DNA from: Mustelus asterias
Lineage: Eukaryota
Reading direction: 5' to 3'
DNA length: 64,000 nt
Assembly (NCBI RefSeq): GCF_964213995.1
Contig: NC_135805.1
Location: 76,818,001 to 76,882,000, forward strand
The translations under genes and the position numbers were made by a program. The notes beneath the pieces were generated by a model that was not told the origin of the DNA, searched no databases, and worked only from the letters and a program-made list of their open reading frames with translations. Below are positions 47,937 through 59,450 of the stretch, one piece after another; position 1 is the first letter of the stretch; the number at the start of each line of letters is the position of its first letter.

Positions 47937-48815
47937 ATGGTCGTCCGGGAGGCTCCTAGCCTCCCGGACGACCATATCTGTGCTGGGTGTGTTGAGCTGC
48001 GGTTCCTAAGGGACCATGTTAGGGAACTGGAATTGCAGCTCGAGGACCTTCGCCGGGTTAGGGATAGTGAGGAGGTCATTGACAGGAGCTATCGGCAGGT
48101 GGTCACACCGGGACCACGGGAGGAGGGTAACTGGGTAACAGTGAGGAAGGAGAAAGCTCGGTTGATGGTGAGCACCCCGGTGGATGTGCCCCTTAATAAT
48201 AAGTACTCCTGTCTGAGTACTACTGGGGTGGACAGCCCACCTGGGGGAAGCAGCGGTGGCAGTGTCTCTGGAGCTGAGCCTGGCCCAGTAGTGCAAAAGG
48301 GTAAGGAAAGGAGGGTAGTGCTAATTGGGGACTCTACGGTGAGGGGGTCAGATAGGCATTTTTGCGGACACAGACGGGACTCTCGGATGGTGGTTTGCCT
48401 CCCTGGTGCAGGGGTCCGGGATGTCTCTGGTCGAGTCCCAGAAATCCTGAAGGGGGAGGGAGAGGAGCCGAAAGTCGTGATGCATATAGGTACTGCTGAC
48501 ATAGGTAGGAAGAGGGAAGGGGTCATGAAAAGAGAATATAGGGAGTTAGGTAGACAGCTGAGAAAGAGGAATGCAAAGGTAGTAATCTCGGGATTGCTGC
48601 CTGTGCCGCGGGAGAGTGAGAACAGGAATCGGTGGAGAATGAATGCGTGGCTGAGGGACTGGAGCAAGGGACAAGGATTTGGGTACTTGGATCATTGGGA
48701 CCTCTTTAGGGGCAGGTGTGACCTGTTTAAAAAAGACGGGTGGCACTTGAATCCCAGGGGGACCAATATCCTGGCGGGAAGGTTGGCTAAGGCTACTGGA
48801 GAGACTTTAAACTAG
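47937..48815 (+). CDS. CR1 ORF1 (partial zinc finger/coiled coil plus SGNH/GDSL esterase-like domain), 5'-truncated
   Basis: HICAGC, a leucine heptad, VLIGDS, CLPGA, HIGT.D and DGWHLN..G motifs. Confidence 0.92.
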   Translation: MVVREAPSLPDDHICAGCVELRFLRDHVRELELQLEDLRRVRDSEEVIDRSYRQVVTPGPREEGNWVTVRKEKARLMVSTPVDVPLNNKYSCLSTTGVDSPPGGSSGGSVSGAEPGPVVQKGKERRVVLIGDSTVRGSDRHFCGHRRDSRMVVCLPGAGVRDVSGRVPEILKGEGEEPKVVMHIGTADIGRKREGVMKREYRELGRQLRKRNAKVVISGLLPVPRESENRNRWRMNAWLRDWSKGQGFGYLDHWDLFRGRCDLFKKDGWHLNPRGTNILAGRLAKATGETLN

Positions 48816-48820
48816 AAAGG

Positions 48821-51734
48821 TTGGGGGGAGGGAATCGAAATGAGGGGACTGAGAGCGAGGAGGTTAGCTCGCAAATAGATAAGGAATGTAAACAGGGTAA
48901 GAGGGAGGTTAGACGAGTGATGGAGAAGGGAAGTGCTCAGGCTGAAGGTCTGAGATGTGTCTATTTTAATGCCAGGAGTGTAGTGAATAAAGTGGATGAG
49001 CTTAGAGCGTGGATTGCTGCTTCGAATTGTGATGTGGTGGCCATTACGGAGACTTGGATGTCTCAGGGACAGGACTGGGTGCTTCAGGTGCCGGGTTTTA
49101 GATGTTTCAGGAAAGACAGGGAGGGAGGCAAGAGAGGGGGGGGAGTGGCACTGTTGATCAGGGATAGTGTCACGGCTGTAGAGAAGGCGGACGCCGTGGA
49201 GGGATTGACTACGGAGTCTCTGTGGGTGGAGGTTAGGAACAGGAAGGGGTCGGTAACGTTGCTGGGTGTTTTCTATAGGCCGCCCAATAGTAACAGAGAT
49301 GTTGAGGAGCAGATGGGGAAACAGATCCTGGAGAGATGTAGGAATAACAGAGTTGTCGTGATGGGAGATTTTAATTTCCCAAACATAGATTGGAATATCC
49401 CTAGGGCTAGGGGTTTGGATGGAGAGGAGTTTGTTAGGTGTGTCCAGGAGAGTTTCCTGACACAGTATGTGGATAAGCCTACTAGAGGAGAGGCTGTACT
49501 TGATCTGGTGCTGGCTAATGAACCTGGACAGGTGGAGGATCTCTCGGTGGGTGAGCATCTTGGGGATAGCGATCATAATTCTATCTCCTTCACGATAGCA
49601 TTGGAAAGAGATAGGATCAGGCAGGCTAGGAAAGTGTTTCTCTGGAGTAAAGGGAAATACAGTGTCATCAGGGAGGAAATTAGACGGGTAAATTGGAAGG
49701 AGGCATTCTTGGGGAAAAGTACCGAAGGAAAGTGGAGGATTTTCAAGGAATGTTTGTCTGGAGCTCTGCATGACAACGTTCCGATGAGACAGGGGGGTGT
49801 TGGTAGGGTACGGGAACCGTGGTGCACGAAGGTTGAGATGAACCTGGTGAATAAGAAAAGAGAGGCGTACAGAAGGTTCAGAGAGCTAGGAGGTGTTAAG
49901 GATTTAGAGGAGTATACGGGATGTAGGAAGGAGCTTAAGAAGGAAATTAGGAGAGCGAGAAGGGGGTCATGAGAAGGCCTTGGCGGGTAAGATTAAGGAG
50001 AATCCCAAGGCTTTCTACAAATATGTCAAGAGTAAAAGGATGAGATGTGAAGGCATAGGACCCTTAAAAGGTGAAGGGGGAAAAGTTTGTGCGGAACCGT
50101 TAGAAATGGCGGAGCTGCTTAATGAATACTTTACCTCGGTATTCACGGTGGAAAGGGATCTGGGTGGTTGTACTGCTGGTTTGCGGTGGACAGAAAGGAT
50201 CGAGCATGTGGACATAAAGAAAGAGGATGTGTTGGAACTATTGAATGGCATCAAGGTTGGTAAGTCGCCGGGACCGGATGGGATGTACCCCAGGTTACTG
50301 TGGGAGGCGAGGGAGGAGATTGCGGAGCCTTTGGCGATGATCTTTGCATCGTCGATGGAGACGGGAGAGGTTCCGGAGGATTGGAGGATTGCAGATGTGG
50401 TCCCTATATTCAAGAAAGGGAACAGGGACAGCCCGGGAAATTACCGACCGGTGAGTCTAACCTCAGTGGTTGGTAAGTTGATGGAGAGGATCCTGAGAGA
50501 CAGGATTTATGATCATCTAGAGAAGTTTAGTATGATCAAAAGTAGTCAGCACGGCTTTGTCAAGGGCAGGTCGTGCCTTACGAGCCTGGTTGAGTTCTTT
50601 GAATATGTGACCAAACACATTGACGAAGGAAGAGCGGTGGATGTGGTCTATATGGACTTCAGCAAGGCGTTCGATAAGGTCCCCCATGCAAGACTTCTTG
50701 AGAAAGTGAGAGGGCATGGGATCCAAGGGGCTGTTGCCTTGTGGATCCAGAACTGGCTTGCCTGCAGAAGGCAGAGAGTGGCTGTGGAGGGGTCTTTCTC
50801 TGCATGGAGGACAGTGACCAGTGGAGTGCCCCAGGGATCTGTTCTGGGACCCTTGCTGTTTGTCATTTTCATAAATGACCTGGATGAGGAAGTGGAGGGA
50901 TGGGTTGGTAAGTTTGCTGACGACACCAAGGTAGGTGGTGTTGTGGATAGTTTGGAGGGATGTCAGAAGTTGCAGCGAGACATAGATAGAATGCAAGACT
51001 GGGCGGAGAAGTGGCAGATGGACTTCAACCCGGATAAGTGTGTGGTGATCCATTTTGGCAGATCCAATGGGATGAAGCAGCAGTATAATATGAAGGGTAC
51101 CATTCTTAGCAGTGTAGAGGATCAGAAGGACCTTGGGGTCCGGGTCCATAGGACTCTTAAATCGGCCTTGCAGGTGGAGGATGCGGTCAAGAAGGCGTAC
51201 GGCGTACTGGCCTTCATTAATCGAGGGATTGAGTTTAGGAGTCGGGAGATAATGCTGCAGCTTTATAGGACCCTGGTTAGACCCCACTTGGAGTACTGCG
51301 CGCAGTTCTGGTCACCTCATTACAGGAAAGATGTTGAAGCCATTGAAAGGGTGCAGAGGAGATTTACAAGGATGTTGCCTGGATTGGGGGGCATGCCTTA
51401 TGAGGATAGGTTGAGGGAGCTTGGTCTCTTCTCCCTGGAGAGACGAAGGATGAGAGGTGACCTGATAGAGGTTTACAAGATGTTGAGAGGTCTGGATAGG
51501 GTAGACTCTCAGAGGCTATTTCCAAGGGCTGAAATGGTTGCTACGAGAGGACACAGGTTTAAGGTGCTGGGGGGTAGGTACAGAGGAGATGTCAGGGGTA
51601 GGTTTTTCACTCAGAGGGTGGTGGGTGAGTGGAATCGGCTGACGTCGGTGGTGGTGGAGGCAAACTCGTTGGGGTCTTTTAAGAGACTTCTGGATGAGTA
51701 CATGGGATTTAATGGGATTGAGGGCTATAGATAG
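48821..51734 (+). CDS. CR1 ORF2 (APE endonuclease plus RT) with one +1 frameshift at the G run 49962-49966
   Basis: NARS, ITETW, YRPP, GDFN and SDHN; then NYRPVSLTS, DFSKAFD, PQGSVLGP and FADD. The two ORFs join if one G is removed (RARRGHEK). Confidence 0.93.
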
Positions 51735-52107
51735 GCCTAGAGGTGGGGATGTGATCGGCGCAACTTGTGGGCCGAAGGGCCTGTTTGTGCTGTGGCTTTC
51801 TATGTTCTATGTTCTATGTTCTATGTCTCCTACCTTCTGTTTTTCAGATTTAACTACATGTGAAATAAGTTTTGGCTTCACACTCACCATGAAAGTGCCT
51901 TCAAAGCTTTAATGGCCATCTATTTAAACCAATTTGACTCACCTCTAATATTCCAAATGAGGAATGTGCAGTGCTCTGTATAATTGCACTCATGTTTCTT
52001 CACTTTTATATTCTTGTGATAAAATTTTGCATCTACAAACTAACCTTCAATGATTTGTACATCTGGATGTTAATCATTCCTTTACTTATCTTCCCTGTCC
52101 ATCAGTG

Positions 52108-54373
52108 TTAGAACCATAGAAAACCATAGAAAATTACAGCTCAGAAACAGGCCAGTTGGCCCTTCTTGTCTGTGCCGAACCATTTTATGCCTAGTCCCAC
52201 TGACCTGCACTTGGACCATATCCCTCCACACCCCTCTCATCCATGAACCCGTCCAAGTTTTTCTTAAATGTTAAAAGTGACCCCGCATTTACCACTTTAT
52301 CCGGCAGCTCATTCCACACTCCCACCACTCTCTGCGTGAAGAAGCCCCCCCTAATATTCCCTCTAAACTTTTCTCCTTTCACCCTTAACCCATGCCCTCT
52401 GGTTTTTTTCTCCCCTAGCCTCAGCGGAAAAAGCCTGCTTGCATTCACTCTATCTATACCCATCAAAATCTTATACACCTCTATCAAATCTCCCCTCAAT
52501 TTTCTACGCTCCAGGGAATAAAGTCCCAACCTATTCAATCTCTCTCTGTAACTCAGCTTCTCAAGTCCCGGCAACATCCTTGCGAATCTTCTCTGCACTC
52601 TTTCAATCTTATTTACATCCTTCCTGTAACTAGGTGACCAAAACTGTACACAATACTCCAAATTCGGCCTCACCAATGCCTTAAATAACCTTACCATAAC
52701 ACTCCAACTTTTATACTCGATACTCCGATTTATAAAGGCCAATGTACCAAAGGCACTCTTTACGACCCTATCCACCTGTGACGTCACTTTTAGGGAATTC
52801 TGTACCTGTATTCCCAGATCCCTCTGTTCAGCTGCACTCTTCAGAGTCCTACCATTTACCCTGAACGTTCTTCTTTGGTTTGTCCTTCCAAAGTGCAATA
52901 TCTCACACTTGTCCGCGTTAAACTCCATTTGCCATTTTTCAGCCCATTTTTCTATTTGGTCCAAATCCCTCTGCAAGCTTTGAAAACCTTCCTCACTGTC
53001 CACTACACCTCCAATCTTTGTATCATCAGCAAACTTGCTGATCCAATTTACCATATTATCATCCAGATCATTGATATAGATGACAAACAACAATGGACCC
53101 AACACCGATCCCTGCGGGACACCACTAGTCACAGGCCTCCACTCAGAGAAGCAATCCTCCACAACCCCTCTCTGGCTTCTTCCATTGAGCCAGTGTCTTA
53201 TCCAATTTACTACCTCCCCATGTATACCTAGCGACTGAACCTTCCTAACTAACCTCCCATGAGGGACCTTGTCAAAGGCCTTGCTGAAATCCAGGTAGAC
53301 AACATCCACCGCCTTCCCTTCATCCACTTTCCTGGTAACCTCCTCGAAAAACTCTAATAGATTGGTCAAACATGACCTACCACGCACAAAGCCATGTTGA
53401 CTCTCCCTAATAAGTCCCTGTCTATCCAAATATTTGTAGATCCTATCCCTTATCACACCTTCCAATAACTTGTCCACCACCGACGTCAAACTTACTGGCC
53501 GATAATTTCCAGGAGTTCTTTTGGAACCTTTTTTAAACAACGGAACAACATGAGCCACCCTCCAATCATCCGGCACCTCCCCCGTGAATACGGACATTTT
53601 AAATATGTCTGCCAGGGCCCCTGCAAGTTCAACACTAGCTTCCCTCAAGGTCCGTGGGAATACCCTGTCCGGTCCTGGGGATTTATCCACTCTGATTTGC
53701 CTCAAGACAGCGAGCACCTCCTCCCCTTTAATCTGTAAAGCTTCCATGGCCTCCCTACCAGTTTGCCCTATTTCCGTAGACTCCATGCCCGTTTCCTCAG
53801 TAAATACGGGTGCAAAAAAACCATTTAGTATCTCCCCCATCTCTTTTGGTTCCATACACAGTGTACCACTCTGGTCTTCAAGAGGACCAATTTTATCCCT
53901 CACTATCCTTTTGCTCCTAACATACCTATAGGAGCTCTTTGGATTTTCCTTCACTCTGTCTGCCAAAGCAACCTCATGTCTTCTTTTAGCCCTCCTGATT
54001 TCCCTCTTAAGTAGCTTCTTGCACTTTTTATACTCCTCGAGCATCTGATGTGTTCCTTGCTGCCTGTACATTTCATACAACTCTCTCTTCCTCTTAATCA
54101 GTGTTACAATCTCCCTCGAGAACCAAGGTTCCTTATTCCTATTTACTTTGCCTTTAATCCTGACAGGAACATACAAACTCTGCACTCTCAAAATTTCTCC
54201 TTTGAAGGCCTCCCACTTTCCATTTACATCCTTACCAGAGAACAGCCTGTGCCAATCCACACTTCCCAGATCCCTTCTCATTTCATCAAATTTGGCCTTT
54301 TTCCAGTTCAGAACTTCAACCTGAGGACCAGATCTATCCTTATCCACGATCAGGTTGAAACTAATGGCATTGT
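52108..54373 (-). mobile_element. 5'-truncated CR1/HER1 LINE with an uninterrupted ORF2 frame (52191-54373)
   Basis: Complete RT motifs (FADD) and a (ccatagaa) tail. The first ~27 aa of the listed 754-aa ORF come from flanking DNA. Confidence 0.96.
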
Positions 54374-55667
54374 TGTTCCATTTAGATTGTTTTCCCATTT
54401 TGCATCCAAAACCTACCACCACAGAATTGAAAATAGAGGATGGTGATTCAATCATTATCTGTTCTAAACTCTGTCAGATGAAGACAGAGATAATTGACCA
54501 ACTTGGCTATCTACCTCTAGCTCTGTATTTTCCTATGTTTCAAACATTTATCTAATTTTCCTTGATAGTTTTTATACATTGCTGGCACAATTTCAACCTT
54601 TGGGTTAGACTATACAATTTTGCAGTTTCCTATTCTGTTCGTTACATCCCCTAGATCAATAAACAGCCTAAGAATTTTCTTTGGCGCTCGTGGGGTCCCC
54701 AGAATTTTCTCAGCTCACAGCACACGTTCTCGAGTGCCAGCCCACAAGTGTTGCCTTTCATTATAACAGGCCCAAGTGCTAGCTAGCTCAGTGTGGGAGC
54801 TGGCTGAATTTCCACATTCTGAATTGATGAACCACTGCAGGGCATCTAATTGGCACCCCTGCCCCTCAGATGGCATGGTAATGAGATCTGGATCGTGAGA
54901 TGAGCTCAGGCCTCACACTGGTACAACCAGACAGACAGAGGTTAGTCTGTTGACTTCACACCTATTTTGGATACTTCTTGGCTCTTGAAGAATCTTACAG
55001 GTTCATAACTCTTTGGCCTGTCACTATTGAATGCCACATAGAAAAGAATCCTGTAGCAAAATGCTTATGGGCTATTCCAGTCACAATTGTGCAATTCTGT
55101 TGTGGGGAATGGGAGAATTGTATCCAGGAAGAACTGCACCCATCTCCTCAGAAATTTGCATGTGTGGATATGATTCATGTGGGTCCAATTTTAACAAACA
55201 GTGGGGCTTTCCAAAGGGACGATATATTAGGAAAATTTGGATATATTTTTTCGAATTTTGAACCTTTGTTCTCTTCTGGCCCAGATTTTATGGTCAGCAG
55301 CAAAGGAAGGCTTCATGACTTCAAAGAAAACTGCAGCGAGAAATTCAACTTGCCCACTGTTTAATTGATTGTAGCTTTGGTTAAAAAGGATTCCCAGTGT
55401 TAAGCAGCAGAGATGTCATCATGTTGTATAAGCAACTGATCATATTAAAGAACTGTTATGGGAAGCAAACCAAGAAAGCCAAAGCACCAATAATCAAATC
55501 ATTTCTTAAACTTTAATAGAAAACAAAATAATTGTTGGGTGTTAAAGTAGAAACTGAAATATCAATTACAATCATTTTTAAAATCTAGTCATTAGAAATA
55601 TAGTAACACAGAAAGAAAAGCAGCACAGAGAGGACATTTTGCCCATGTCCATGCCTGCATTAATCAT

Positions 55668-55922
55668 GATGTGGAGAACACACATCTCTTTAACCTGTGT
55701 TTAATGCTCCCTCCACCCACATTGTCTGTACCTTTAAGACCTGGCAGGTTGTAGGGATTCGCATTCTAATCAGTATTCTGCAACTTGATTTTGTGTCTGT
55801 TTGCACTGTTTGAGAGCACATTTCCCCTCCATCTGACGAAGGAGCAGCGCTCCGAAAGCTTATGGTATTTGCTACCAAATAAACCTGTTGGACTTTAACC
55901 TGGTGTTGTGAGACTTCTTACA
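55668..55922 (+). mobile_element. Penelope-like pLTR fragment
   Basis: Exact 11-bp TSD gcattaatcat (55657-55667 / 55923-55933). Starts with a short inverted terminal piece (gatgtggaga). 3' end matches the other PLE tails. Confidence 0.9.
55829..55865 (+). ncRNA. Minimal hammerhead ribozyme motif
   Basis: ccat-CTGACGA-a-ggagc-agc-gctcc-GAAA-gc-TT-atgg. Stem I shows compensatory changes versus tcac/gtga. Confidence 0.85.
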
Positions 55923-58019
55923 GCATTAATCATAACAGAAACATTTAACAAATTCCACAAATATAAGCATGTTTTTTCAGGGTCCAGAGATGATTCAAAT
56001 TGTAGTTAAAAATCCAGTTGCAACTGATTGAAGAAGACAGTTTTTTCTGGGGTTTTGTACAGTGATCTGAGAATGAGAAAAGTCTATCTGATTCACTGCC
56101 GACTCTGTCCATAGCGCAGCCTGTGGTGGAACAGTAAATTACAGGCGCCAACTTCAAGGTTTCTGCATTAATTGATGCTGTTCTAACTCCTAAAGTTGTG
56201 CTTGGATGTGGCGAGGTAATGATAGTGAATGCTGAGACTGTACTCTCTAAAGCCGAGCAGATTCCAGTCCATTCATTGTTAACCTTAGTGGTGTGAAATT
56301 CTTAATAAAATGTCGTCCATGCTTAATTCCGTTTTGATTCAGAACCTTTGATAATTAGAAAACAGGCTAAACATTGACAAAAAAAACCAGTTGTCAGGTG
56401 GTTGTCTATCCAGTCAAATCACTGGGTGCCAGTTTACCATTCTGATTGTTACTAATCAATACCTAAGGGCCAATTTAAAACAAAAAATACACTCCCACCC
56501 AGGGAGGCTTGCCTACTGGGAGTACGCAAGAGGAAAATTAATGGACAGAAAACAGTGGGGAATTCACTGAGGATATGAATAAAATGCTTCTTGTCAATAC
56601 TGTGGATTAGAAAACACACAACCCTACAACAAATCTAACAACCTTCGTGGCTTATTTGGTTCTATTATATTGAAAAAAATTGAGACTGTCAGTTTGCTGA
56701 CTAGGCATTCATTACCATTAACCATGGGCAATGCAGATAAATGTGGACAATAAAGGTCTGGTCCATATACAATAATCTTGTCAGATCTTTAACTTCATTC
56801 TGTATCTGGAGCATGTGTTCAGCAAACAAAAGTAGTTAACATATGTCTTGCACAGACAATTATTCCAATTAGCACTATTGGAATAATGTGCGATTCACAC
56901 CTCGTAGTATGTTTAGGACTAATGTACATCTTTAATTCATTGCTTCTATGATAATAATAACTTGCAGCGAGGAGTTGTATTTTTTTAAAATCAGCTCTGT
57001 AAAACAATGGTGTCAAATAGGAATGAAGTCTAGAATGAATTATTGTTTGTTCTAAATGTCCAACTGAGTATAATGAGAAAGTTATCATCAGATACGTGCT
57101 GATCTTAGAGCTGATTTTTCTTTTGCTCCATGATTCCCACTGACTTTCCCATACCTCCAAAGTAGTATTATTGTATATTATAAATTAGAAAGGCCTCATT
57201 GCTGCTGTGCCCCTGACTGTCTGCGGGTGCACTTGTGTGTGTAATTATGTCTGGTTTTGAAGCTTGTGACAGGTGTCATATCCCTCCTTCAGGGCTGAAA
57301 TTTGGTTAAGTGTTAAGTGAATTGAAACAAGGAGACAATTATAATTCAGGCAGATATAATTTCAGAATGTTCTGACTACAGATACATTAAAATTCAAACT
57401 TTGCGGCTCTGTCTGACTTTCCTTTCTCAGCGCTTGTAGCTGAGACAAAGCACAGCACTCAATGCTCATGTTCATGCAGATGTTAATTTTTCACCTGAGC
57501 CTTTCTGTTTTAATGATACCTATCGCTGTACTGTAATTCTAGGAAACTAGTCTGGGAGAAGTGCTTGTGTGCAATATGCTAGGCACCTTAATAGTTATTG
57601 CCTTTTTGAAGGTGGAATAAAAGGAAACCCTGAACCAAAAAAATCCATCTCCACGAGATTGCTGGTGCTGGTGCGACAAAAGTCCAAAACTCTCAATAAT
57701 AGCTCAAGCACTTCCAACCACTTGCAGTGTGGCCCACACAGTGCACTGTGACTGTAGGGGCACTAATGGGTGGCTGTGCTATGTGTGTGCCAAAGCTTGC
57801 AGACAGGTGGATCATGACATTAAACAAGATTAGGTGCCCAATCTACCATTATGTACCTCAGCTCGTAGCTTATTTAATTCCCAGCTGACATTCGAGTACA
57901 TGTGGTAACACCACTAGCACATTTTAATGGGATCACTGTCAGGTGAAGTGCAACGTATGTGGAATTACTATGTCTGATGTTATTGGGGAAGTTGACAAGT
58001 TTATGGATTCACAAGGGAG

Positions 58020-58345
58020 TGGTGCTGGTCTCTGACAATGAGGTGAGATGAGTTTGGAAGACTTGTCAGGAGAAAGACAGCTTGCAGCAATCGGAACTAT
58101 GATTTCAGATAACCTTTTGCAGGGAGAGGAAGCTGAGCAAAATGAGGAAGGAGGAGGGGAGCCCACCAAGGATTTTACAGAACACTTTTCCTACTTCCAA
58201 CTCAGCCGAGAGCAATGTCTGAGTTGTCTGTGTTTCATCAAGTGGTGCGACCTCCTACAACCCGACCTGCAGCCTCACAGCAGAGTGAAGGTAACTATCA
58301 GTAACTATCAGTAACTATCAGTAACTATCAGCCACTGTCAGTGGC
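58020..58345 (+). mobile_element. Degraded Harbinger transposase N-terminal remnant with a 10-bp tandem repeat (gtaactatca x4, ~58291-58330)
   Basis: HFSYFQLSREQCL..LCF...CDLLQPDLQP resembles the Harbinger N-terminus at ~2850-2950. Confidence 0.55.
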
Positions 58346-59450
58346 TCAGAAACACCAACGAGGGCACGTGTAGAGTGTCAGTGGCAGGAGTACAAGTGCT
58401 GGCATCCTGAAGGAGAACTGCATGCTTGTGCACCGTGGAACCACAGTCATTGCTCTGGGGCAAGGCCTCAAATCCTAGTAATTTACTGGATCACAGATTG
58501 CTAGACTGCTGTGAGAGCCTGCAAGCACCTTAGAACACTGGGCTTACATAGCAATAAACATGAACTCAGTTTGAGTTTCCACTGAGATATTGGCTGGCTT
58601 CTGTCTGAGCTGCAGTGAAAACTTGAAAACTGAGACATCAAATGCTGCATCACTAGTAGGTCCATAAATGATGTCATGAAGTTGATCACCACTTCCAAAT
58701 TAGAAATGATAAGCCCTAAATTCTGTGAGAAACCCTATACCATGTTGGGGCTAAACCCCTCGAAACAGAGCTACCAATCACCTTGATGTGCATCCTCAAC
58801 AACATTTTCTTCCATCAGAGTCCTCACCCAAGTACTCATCAGCAGAACTCATCAGTGAGCTTGCCCTCCAATTATGCAGATTCCATTTCTAAGCAAACCT
58901 TTTAAGTACAAATAGTATCAGTTTCTGAGCTGGTCGCTGCATGTTTGAGAACAATGCTTTTCTAATGGAGGCCTGATGTTTCTCTCCCTTTATTGTGAGG
59001 CTACTCTGGCCAAGTGGCAGGACTTGGGTAAGCAAAGAATGCAGAAGGGAAGGGGATGTGGTGGAAACTGAAGATCCATGATTGCACCACCTCCCACTTT
59101 CATTTCAAGCCAGGTAGCAGTGGGATTTGAGAAGGTGAATAAGGAAGGCACACCAACATCCTGAATGCTTCCAGCAACACCAAATATAACAGCCTCAATC
59201 ACAGCTAGCTCTATGCTGCAGAGTACAGCCTCTCCAAAAAGAGTCAGAAAATAACACATGTGGGAGGTCCCGTGCCACTTCTCTGCTACGTCCTGCTGTT
59301 ACATACAAACTGATCCTTCAAGAGAGAAGAATGTTAGAGTGTGTTCATTATGTTTGGATGGTATGCCTGCCATAGCTAAATAAGAATACACAAAAACAAG
59401 AAATAGGAACAGGAGTAACCATATGGCCCATCGAGCCTGTTCTGCCACTC

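Larger units (their letters stand above)
47937..51826 (+). mobile_element. Near-full-length young CR1/HER1 LINE
   Basis: ORF1, ORF2, 3' UTR and (ttctatg)4 tail; CpG retained; truncated within the 5' part of ORF1. Confidence 0.97.

Noticed and set aside
48812-51287. Long antisense ORFs (319 aa, 256 aa) opposite the CR1
   Set aside because: Shadow frames of intact LINE coding sequence.
54374-54455. N-terminus of the 754-aa ORF as a host-LINE fusion protein
   Set aside because: The frame is simply open into flanking DNA past the truncation point, and there is no evidence of a promoter or a canonical start.
56090-57300. Possible conserved non-coding enhancer in unique-looking DNA
   Set aside because: Cannot be supported without cross-species alignment.
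58291-58330. Short direct repeats as a CRISPR-like array (also the 20-bp doublet near 47387-47428)
   Set aside because: Head-to-tail slippage duplications with no spacers, in a vertebrate context.
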